A stretch of 64,000 bases of DNA from Cyanophora paradoxa CCMP329. Its lineage: Eukaryota > Plantae > Glaucophyta. Under the pieces are notes generated by a model, which was not told where the DNA came from, ran no database searches, and worked only from the letters and a program-made list of their open reading frames with translations. Positions 39,701 to 49,023 of this stretch are shown piece by piece. The stretch lies in the NCBI GenBank assembly GCA_004431415.1, contig QPMI01000017.1:806001-870000 (forward strand), in the 5' to 3' direction. A program made the translations under genes and the position numbers. Numbering within the stretch: the first letter of the stretch is position 1; each line of letters begins with the position of its first letter.

Positions 39701-42700
39701 CCCCGCCCCAGCGGACCTGGCAGCACTGCGTCTTGCGGCCGGGGGCGCCCCGCGGGACGTCCAGCGCCTGCGCCACCGCCAGCACCTCCTTCTTGAGGCC
39801 CGGATACGCCTTCGGGGGCCCCGCCGGCACGAGCGCGAGCGGCGCCGCTGCCGGTGCCGGCGCCGCGTGGCCGTTGCCGTTCGCGTGGCCGTTGCCGCCC
39901 CCGTGCGCGTCGAGCTCGGCGACGACTGCCGACCAGGGCGGGTGCAGGTCCTTGCCCTTGAGGGCCTGCTTCTCGGCCGCCGGCAGGTAGTGCGTGTGCA
40001 GCAGCTCGTGCGACTTGTGGCTGAGCGGCTTCCCCAGCTCCGTCTCGTACAGGATCTGCACCTGCCGGTTCTTGTGCGACTCCCGCAGCACCGACCGCTC
40101 GTCCGCGTTGTACAGCGCCGCCGCCCGCTTCTGCAGGATCTCCGGGTCCTGCGAGCGCGGCTGGCCCGCCCCGTTCATGCACCCTCCCTCGCACATCATG
40201 ATCTCTGCGCGCGCGCGCGAGCCGCGCCGTCAGCGCCGCCCCGCACGGGCCCCGCGCGCCGCGCCGCGCCGCACCGACGAAGTGGTAGGGGAGCTTGCCG
40301 GCCTTGGCGTCGTCGAGGGTGCGGGTGACGTTGGCGGCGCCGTGGACGACGCAGGCCTTGAGCTCGATGTCGCCGGGCAGCCGGAGGGTCGCCTCCTTGA
40401 CGCCCTGCAGGCCCCGCACCGCCGTGATGTTCAGGTCCTTCAGGTCGGGGATGCCGCGGGCGCCCTGCGCCTCCTGCGCCTGCTTGAGGAGCGCGTAGCC
40501 CGTGCGCAGCGCCGCCTCCATCACGCCGCCCGTCACCCCGAAGATGGCGCCGGCGCCCGTCCCCGACCCCAGCAGGCTCGCGAACTCCGCCGTCTCCCCG
40601 CGCCCGTCGAACATGTCCCAGCGCACCCCCTTCGCCTTCAGCAGCGCCCCCAGCTCCTTCGTCGTCAGCACGAAGTCCGTGTCTTGCACCCCGCCGTGCT
40701 TCAGCTGCGGCCGCTGCGCCTCCGTCTTCTTCACCGTGCACGGCATCAGCCCCGTCATCACGACCTCCTCCGGCCGCAGCCCGCTCCGCGCCGCGAAGAC
40801 CCCCTTCACCAGCGCCGCGCTCATCGACATCGGCGACTTGCACGTCGAGAGGTTCTTCAGCAGCTCCGGGTAGTCGTCCTCCGCCATCTGCATCCAGCTC
40901 GCGCTGCACCCGGCCGGGGCCCCGTCAGGCCCCGCCGCACCGCCCCGCCCCGCCAGGCCCCGCCCCGCCGCACCAGCAGCTCGTGAACATGGGGAAGGGC
41001 CCGCCCTTCTTGACGCGCTCGATCAGCTCCGACGCCTCCTCCATGATCGTCACGTCCGACGAGGCCCGCAGGTCGAACACTGCGCCCCGCCGTCGGCCCC
41101 GCGCCCCGCCGTCGGCCCCGCGCCCCGCGCACCGTGGTCGAAGCCGATGTGGTGCAGCGCCTGCACGATCATCCCTGGCGTGACCGACCCCGGCGGCATG
41201 TCGAACTCCTCGCACACCGACACGAACACCGACGGCGCGATCTGCCCCGGCCCCGCCGTCGGCCCAAGCCTGCCCCGACCGGCGCGCCCCGCCCCAGCGG
41301 ACCTGGCAGCACTGCGTCTTGCGGCCGGGGGCGCCCCGCGGGACGTCCAGCGCCTGCGCCACCGCCAGCACCTCCTTCTTGAGGCCCGGATACGCCTTCG
41401 GGGGCCCCGCCGGCACGAGCGCGAGCGGCGCCGCAGTCGGCGCCGGCGCCGCGTGGCCGTTGCCGTTCGCGTGGCCGTTGCCGCCCCCGTGCGCGTCGAG
41501 CTCGGCGACGACCGCCGACCAGGGCGGGTGCAGGTCCTTGCCCTTGAGGGCCTGCTTCTCGGCCGCCGGCAGGTAGTGCGTGTGCAGCAGCTCGTGCGAC
41601 TTGTGGCTGAGCGGCTTCCCCAGCTCCGTCTCGTACAGGATCTGCACCTGCCGGTTCTTGTGCGACTCCCGCAGCACCGACCGCTCGTCCGCGTTGTACA
41701 GCGCCGCCGCCCGCTTCTGCAGGATCTCCGGGTCCTGCGAGCGCGGCTGGCCCGCCCCGTTCATGCACCCTCCCTCGCACATCATGATCTCTGCGCGCGC
41801 GCGCGGGCCGCGCCGTCAGCGCCGCCCCGCACGGGCCCCGCGCGCCGCGCCGCGCCGCACCGACGAAGTGGTAGGGGAGCTTGCCGGCCTTGGCGTCGTC
41901 GAGGGTGCGGGTGACGTTGGCGGCGCCGTGGACGACGCAGGCCTTGAGCTCGATGTCGCCGGGCAGCCGGAGGGTCGCCTCCTTGACGCCCTGCAGGCCC
42001 CGCACCGCCGTGATGTTCAGGTCCTTCAGGTCGGGGATGCCGCGGGCGCCCTGCGCCTCCTGCGCCTGCTTGAGGAGCGCGTAGCCCGTGCGCAGCGCCG
42101 CCTCCATCACGCCGCCCGTCACCCCGAAGATGGCGCCGGCGCCCGTCCCCGACCCCAGCAGGCTCGCGAACTCCGCCGTCTCCCCGCGCCCGTCGAACAT
42201 GTCCCAGCGCACCCCCTTCGCCTTCAGCAGCGCCCCCAGCTCCTTCGTCGTCAGCACGAAGTCCGTGTCTTGCACCCCGCCGTGCTTCAGCTGCGGCCGC
42301 TGCGCCTCCGTCTTCTTCACCGTGCACGGCATCAGCCCCGTCATCACGACCTCCTCCGGCCGCAGCCCGCTCCGCGCCGCGAAGACCCCCTTCACCAGCG
42401 CCGCGCTCATCGACATCGGCGACTTGCACGTCGAGAGGTTCTTCAGCAGCTCCGGGTAGTCGTCCTCCGCCATCTGCATCCAGCTCGCGCTGCACCCGGC
42501 CGGGGCCCCGTCACGCCCCGCCGCCCCCGCCCCGCCCCGCCAGGCCCCGCCCCGCCAGGCCCCGCCCCGCCGCACCAGCAGCTCGTGAACATGGGGAAGG
42601 GCCCGCCCTTCTTGACGCGCTCGATCAGCTCCGACGCCTCCTCCATGATCGTCACGTCCGACGAGGCCCGCAGGTCGAACACTGCGCCCCGCCGTCGGCC

Positions 42701-45700
42701 CCGCGCCCCGCCGTCGGCCCCGCGCCCCGCGCACCGTGGTCGAAGCCGATGTGGTGCAGCGCCTGCACGATCATCCCTGGCGTGACCGACCCCGGCGGCA
42801 TGTCGAACTCCTCGCACACCGACACGAACACCGACGGCGCGATCTGCCCCGGCCCCGCCGTCGGCCCAAGCCTGCCCCGACCGGCGCGCCCCGCCCCAGC
42901 GGACCTGGCAGCACTGCGTCTTGCGGCCGGGGGCGCCCCGCGGGATGTCCAGCGCCTGCGCCACCGCCAGCACCTCCTTCTTGAGACCCGGATACGCCTT
43001 CGGGGGCCCCGCCGGCACGAGCGCGAGCGGCGCCGCAGTCGGCGCCGGCGCCGCGTGGCCGTTGCCGTTCGCGTGGCCGTTGCCGCCCCCGTGCGCGTCG
43101 AGCTCGGCGACGACCGCCGACCAGGGCGGGTGCAGGTCCTTGCCCTTGAGGGCCTGCTTCTCGGCCGCCGGCAGGTAGTGCGTGTGCAGCAGCTCGTGCG
43201 ACTTGTGGCTGAGCGGCTTCCCCAGCTCCGTCTCGTACAGGATCTGCACCTGCCGGTTCTTGTGCGACTCCCGCAGCACCGACCGCTCGTCCGCGTTGTA
43301 CAGCGCCGCCGCCCGCTTCTGCAGGATCTCCGGGTCCTGCGAGCGCGGCTGGCCCGCCCCGTTCATGCACCCTCCCTCGCACATCATGATCTCTGCGCGC
43401 GCGCGCGGGCCGCGCCGTCAGCGCCGCCCCGCACGGGCCCCGCGCGCCGCGCCGCGCCGCACCGACGAAGTGGTAGGGGAGCTTGCCGGCCTTGGCGTCG
43501 TCGAGGGTGCGGGTGACGTTGGCGGCGCCGTGGACGACGCAGGCCTTGAGCTCGATGTCGCCGGGCAGCCGGAGGGTCGCCTCCTTGACGCCCTGCAGGC
43601 CCCGCACCGCCGTGATGTTCAGGTCCTTCAGGTCGGGGATGCCGCGGGCGCCCTGCGCCTCCTGCGCCTGCTTGAGGAGCGCGTAGCCCGTGCGCAGCGC
43701 CGCCTCCATCACGCCGCCCGTCACCCCGAAGATGGCGCCGGCGCCCGTCCCCGACCCCAGCAGGCTCGCGAACTCCGCCGTCTCCCCGCGCCCGTCGAAC
43801 ATGTCCCAGCGCACCCCCTTCGCCTTCAGCAGCGCCCCCAGCTCCTTCGTCGTCAGCACGAAGTCCGTGTCTTGCACCCCGCCGTGCTTCAGCTGCGGCC
43901 GCTGCGCCTCCGTCTTCTTCACCGTGCACGGCATCAGCCCCGTCATCACGACCTCCTCCGGCCGCAGCCCGCTCCGCGCCGCGAAGACCCCCTTCACCAG
44001 CGCCGCGCTCATCGACATCGGCGACTTGCACGTCGAGAGGTTCTTCAGCAGCTCCGGGTAGTCGTCCTCCGCCATCTGCATCCAGCTCGCGCTGCACCCG
44101 GCCGGGGCCCCGTCACGCCCCGCCGCCCCCGCCCCGCCCCGCCAGGCGCCGCTCCGCCGCACCAGCAGCTCGTGAACATGGGGAAGGGCCCGCCCTTCTT
44201 GACGCGCTCGATCAGCTCCGACGCCTCCTCCATGATCGTCACGTCCGACGAGGCCCGCAGGTCGAACACTGCGCCCCGCCGTCGGCCCCGCGCCCCGCCG
44301 TCGGCCCCGCGCCCCGCGCACCGTGGTCGAAGCCGATGTGGTGCAGCGCCTGCACGATCATCCCTGGCGTGACCGACCCCGGCGGCATGTCGAACTCCTC
44401 GCACACCGACACGAACACCGACGGCGCGATCTGCCCCGGCCCCGCCGTCGGCCCAAGCCTGCCCCGACCGGCGCGCCCCGCCCCAGCGGACCTGGCAGCA
44501 CTGCGTCTTGCGGCCGGGGGCGCCCCGCGGGATGTCCAGCGCCTGCGCCACCGCCAGCACCTCCTTCTTGAGACCCGGATACGCCTTCGGGGGCCCCGCC
44601 GGCACGAGCGCGACCGGCGCCGCAGTCGGCGCCGGCGCCGCGTGGCCGTTGCCGTTCGCGTGGCCGTTGCCACCCCCGTGCGCGTCGAGCTCGGCGACGA
44701 CCGCCGACCAGGGCGGGTGCAGGTCCTTGCCCTTGAGGGCCTGCTTCTCGGCCGCCGGCAGGTAGTGCGTGTGCAGCAGCTCGTGCGACTTGTGGCTGAG
44801 CGGCTTCCCCAGCTCCGTCTCGTACAGGATCTGCACCTGCCGGTTCTTGTGCGACTCCCGCAGCACCGACCGCTCGTCCGCGTTGTACAGCGCCGCCGCC
44901 CGCTTCTGCAGGATCTCCGGGTCCTGCGAGCGCGGCTGGCCCGCCCCGTTCATGCACCCTCCCTCGCACATCATGATCTCTGCGCGCGCGCGCGGGCCGC
45001 GCCGTCAGCGCCGCCCCGCACGGGCCCCGCGCGCCGCGCCGCGCCGCACCGACGAAGTGGTAGGGGAGCTTGCCGCCCTTGGCGTCGTCGAGGGTGCGGG
45101 TGACGTTGGCGGCGCCGTGGACGACGCAGGCCTTGAGCTCGATGTCGCCGGGCAGCCGGAGGGTCGCCTCCTTGACGCCCTGCAGGCCCCGCACCGCCGT
45201 GATGTTCAGGTCCTTCAGGTCGGGGATGCCGCGGGCGCCCTGCGCCTCCTGCGCCTGCTTGAGGAGCGCGTAGCCCGTGCGCAGCGCCGCCTCCATCACG
45301 CCGCCCGTCACCCCGAAGATGGCGCCGGCGCCCGTCCCCGACCCCAGCAGGCTCGCGAACTCCGCCGTCTCCCCGCGCCCGTCGAACATGTCCCAGCGCA
45401 CCCCCTTCGCCTTCAGCAGCGCCCCCAGCTCCTTCGTCGTCAGCACGAAGTCCGTGTCTTGCACCCCGCCGTGCTTCAGCTGCGGCCGCTGCGCCTCCGT
45501 CTTCTTCACCGTGCACGGCATCAGCCCCGTCATCACGACCTCCTCCGGCCGCAGCCCGCTCCGCGCCGCGAAGACCCCCTTCACCAGCGCCGCGCTCATC
45601 GACATCGGCGACTTGCACGTCGAGAGGTTGTTCAGCAGCTCCGGGTAGTCGTCCTCCGCCATCTGCATCCAGCTCGCGCTGCACCCGGCCGGGGCCCCGT

Positions 45701-46196
45701 CAGGCCCCGCCGCCTCCGCCCCGCCCCGCCAGGCCCCGCCCCGCCGCACCAGCAGCTCGTGAACATGGGGAAGGGCCCGCCCTTCTTGACGCGCTCGATC
45801 AGCTCCGACGCCTCCTCCATGATCGTCACGTCCGACGAGGCCCGCAGGTCGAACACTGCGCCCCGCCGTCGGCCCCGCGCACCGCCGTCGGCCCCGCGCC
45901 CCGCGCACCGTGGTCGAAGCCGATGTGGTGCAGCGCCTGCACGATCATCCCTGGCGTGACCGACCCCGGCGGCATGTCGAACTCCTCGCACACCGACACG
46001 AACACCGACGGCGCGATCTGCCCCGGCCCCGCCGTCGGCCCAAGCCTGCCCCGACCGGCGCGCCCCGCCCCGGGCCCCGGCGGACCTGGCAGCACTGCGT
46101 CTTGCGGCCGGGGGCGCCCCGCGGGACGTCCAGCGCCTGCGCCACCGCCAGCACCTCCTTCTTGAGGCCCGGATACTTGCTGTCTGCCGCTGGCAT
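30714..46196 (-). CDS. hydA: Giant multi-domain [FeFe]-hydrogenase, ~4,111 aa, 42 exons: (H-domain+SSU)x6, flavodoxin, flavodoxin, H-domain 7, flavodoxin, FAD-binding domain with truncated NAD(P) domain
   Basis: ATG at 46196, with an in-frame TAA six codons upstream. Every H-domain has L1 FTSCC(A)xW, L2 MPCTVKKxE, GGVMEAA, L3 EIMMCxGGCxxGxGQP and the SSU motif ESHKN..LYE..L.KPLS..SH.LLHT.Y. No stop between units. Removing 41 GT/GC-AG introns (3,147 nt) from the 15,483-nt span leaves 12,336 nt, which is 4,112 codons ending at TAG 30714. Confidence 0.88.
34500..36205 (-). repeat. Tandemly duplicated flavodoxin module (Fld1 36205-~35590; Fld2 35134-~34490) inside the hydrogenase gene
   Basis: WGSETGKSEGLAKKT..LMDAEECTAETVASSSHIVFVTSTAGAGDFPE|NMKSLWESLEE..FGVGDKGYKKYCEAAKKVDERLAELG occurs twice, with near-identical core exons and the same intron positions. 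Confidence 0.9.
36736..46175 (-). repeat. Tandem array of six near-identical hydrogenase units (periods 1594, 1587, 1602, 1586, 1587 bp; 444 codons plus 4 introns per full unit)
   Basis: Unit starts (YPGLKKEVL) at 46175, 44581, 42994, 41392, 39806 and 38219. All length differences fall inside introns. Confidence 0.95.
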
Positions 46197-47320
46197 GGTC
46201 GCTGTTGCGCGTTATACGGTGTGCCTGTGTTGCTGTGGACGGTTTCCTTGTGCTGCTGCTTTCACGTACGCGTTAGCTTATAGGCTGTCCTGCAGCTCAG
46301 GCCCGCAACGGTTGTTCGTCTACGCGCATTCTATCTCATCGACGCTCTCACTGCAGCTGAGGATCTCAAAGTATGAAGCGTGCTGAGCGAGTCACAGTTC
46401 TAGTCCTGCTGCGGGAGAGAGATACGCCACGCTGCTGCAGGCGCTTTAGCTAGCGAGGCTCTACTCTACAAAGACGCGTGTTTCCTCCCGCAAGACCGAT
46501 CTGCGTCGCCGAGTGATGGTCCTTTCATGATAGGATTGCAAATGGATCGACGCACCTCAAGGCTCGCGTCTTCAGACCAGGGAGCGACCTGCACTCGTCA
46601 CTTTCACTCGCATGCGGCCGCAGCAGGAGACCGTCGGGCCGCGACTAGACCGCTTGCCACAGTGGTGCGCTCGAGCACGACCGACGGCCTGCCAGAAACG
46701 CAAGCATGCGTCTAGATCTATACAAGGTCGGCCGCGGAGTAGTAGCGTGCTGGGCGACGGCACTATCCTAGGCCTGTACTGTTGTTGCTGCGCGGATCGA
46801 GAAGCGCTGCAGCAGCGGCTTGGACGCAAGTCACAGCCCACCCGCTCTAGCCGTCGCTTCGGAGCTCAGCTTGATATTAAATATTGCAAACATGATATAC
46901 AAGCCGGTGCAATTTTTCTTATCGAGCCCGTGACGCCGAACGTCAACCGCTCGAGCTCGGCTTTAAGCCGCTGTTGGTGTCACGCAGCCTGGCAGGCGCG
47001 CCGGTTCGAATTCGATCAACAGCACTTCCGAAACCGCGGTTCGAATCTAAAAAGGGCCATTGCGTTGCGTTGGGGTACAGAAAACAAATTGAAAAAGCCG
47101 AGGTCCGGAGGCACCATCCCAGCGCCGCAGTACATCAGCGTCACCGCACAGACCTGCAGCGGGCCTGCACACCCCCCTGCATATCTAGCCCCGGTCGTTG
47201 CCACGAGGGCGCAAGCCGAGGCGTCCCGGGCCCCGTGCAGTGCTCCTGTGTCGGCAGTGTAGAGCAGACTTAAGCGCGCCCCAAACCCCGGCCCTGCTGC
47301 TCCCTCTTGAGCCTCCGAGT

Positions 47321-48774
47321 ATGGGCTGCGGAACGAGCAAGGGGACGGCGGTCGCCCCCGGCAGCTCCTCGAAGGGAGCCGCACAGGTTGCCCCACTCCG
47401 GTCCATCAACAGCAACGGAGGTGCGCCCGCCCGACTTTCCCAGATCGACGTGTCCGCATCCGAGCCTCTGCACAGCGTCCGCGGTGGCTGAAGCGGAGGC
47501 GGCGCGCCTGCGGGCGGACGAAGCGGAAAGGCTCGTGCAGGCGACGCGGCGGGAGGCGGAGGCGGTGCGCGGCGCCCGGCGCCGCCCGCAGCGCGCGGCC
47601 GACGCGCACTGCGCCGGGCACAGGCGAAGAAGGCCGCGGAGGAGGAGCGGGCCGCGCGGGAGAAGCTCGAGGAGGAGGCACGTCCCGCCCGCGCCCGCGG
47701 CGCGCGCGCTCCGCCCGCGCCGCGATGCTGACGGCGGGGGCAGATGAGGGCGCGCGTGGCGGAGGCGTACGAGGCGGGGCGCAAGGCGTCCGTCGGGCTG
47801 CCCGCCCCCGCCGTCGCCGTCCTCGACCGCCTCGAGAGCGAGGCGCGCGCCCCGCCCCGCTCGATCCCACGCCGCCCCCTGTCGCCGACCGTGCCGGCAG
47901 GTGCGGCAGCGCGTCGCGGAGGCGTACGAGGCGGCACGCAGGGCCTCTTCCTCCGGTGCCGCCGCGCCCCGCGCCCGCCCCGGCGCCCCCGGCCCGAGCC
48001 GCCCGCCGCGCAGATGTCGCCCCCCCCGCCTCCCTCCCCGCCATCGAGCCGCCCTCCTCGAACCCTTTCCTCCGCTCGGACCCCGCCCCCTTCAGCCCCG
48101 CCGCGCCCGACGCCCCTGTACCCTCCGTCGCTCCCGCCCCCGCATCAAGCGGCTCGCTCGCCGCGTCCCTCCCCCCAGCTCCCAGCCGGCGCTCGCGGCG
48201 CCCAGCTCCCAGCCGGCGCTCGCGGCGCCCAGCTCCCAGCCGGCGCTCGCGGCGCCCAGCTCCCAGCCGGCGCTCGCGGCGCCCAGCTCCCAGCCGGCGC
48301 TCGCCCCCCCCGCGCCCCCGGGCCGCGACGTGCCTCCCGCGCCCGCCTTCGGTGCCCTTTATCCCCGCCTCCCGTACCCCCCTGTCCGCCCCGCTGCCCC
48401 GCTCACCGTACCCCCAGACCTGGAGGCGGAGATGGAGGCGCAGGCTCGCGAGATCCGGCGCATGGAGGAGGAGCTCGCGGCGCGGGTACCCCCGGCGAGC
48501 CCGCCCCCTCCCCGCGCCGGAGTTGACGCCGCGGCAGGAGGCGGTGGACCAGGAGCGGGGGGAGGCCCTCCGGCAGCAGGAGCTGAGCCTGAGGCTGCGG
48601 GAGGAGCGGGCGCGGGTGGAGCGGGAGCACCGGGAGCGCATGGAGGCCGTCCTCGAGCTCCGCCGCGAGCGCATCGCCCGCTTCGAGCGCACCGTCGGCG
48701 CCGCCGTCCGAATCCAGGCCTTCTTCCGGGGGTACAAGACCCGCAGGCGCCTCCGCCAGCGCGCCGCGCGCTGA
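47321..48774 (+). CDS. N-myristoylated/palmitoylated coiled-coil protein with a C-terminal IQ (calmodulin-binding) motif, multi-exon
   Basis: Starts MGCGTSKG (Gly2/Cys3/Ser6 acylation pattern). E/R/A-rich coiled-coil exons. Ends AAVRIQAFFRGYKTRRRLRQRAAR*. Confidence 0.75.
48174..48303 (+). repeat. 27-bp minisatellite (CCCAGCTCCCAGCCGGCGCTCGCGGCG), ~5 copies, inside the IQ-protein gene
   Basis: Directly visible; period 27 (9 codons). Confidence 0.9.
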
Positions 48775-49023
48775 TCTCACGGCGCCGCCCGACCTCTCTC
48801 TCTCGACCCGTTGCCCCCTCCCTGTGACCCATATCCGCCATTCTTGTGTGGCCCGGCCCCCTCGAGTAAATCAAGTCAAGCAGCTGCAGATTCGCAAAGC
48901 GACCTTTGAATTCATAATCAATAGGGGACTAATAAATGAAAAATGGAAATATATAGCTGGGTTCCAATGTACTTAAGGTAATTTCGTAATAATTTACTAG
49001 GAGGGACCCCGCGGGGGTCACGC

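Noticed and set aside
36736-46196. Six separate tandem hydrogenase genes, or pseudogenes with frameshifts
   Set aside because: There are no stops or intergenic DNA between units, and the apparent frameshifts are GT-AG introns that restore the conserved motifs.
30714-46196. Nar1/NARF (CIA pathway) hydrogenase-like protein
   Set aside because: TSCC, MPCxxKKxE with the TIMEE relay, GGVMEAA and the SSU motif are hallmarks of true hydrogenases, and the N-terminal Nar1 Cys cluster is absent.
46400-47300. ORF 46612..47262, or an extra 5' exon for the hydrogenase
   Set aside because: No domain similarity or typical codon pattern. The in-frame stop just upstream of ATG 46196 and the lack of an evident acceptor between them argue against a coding extension.
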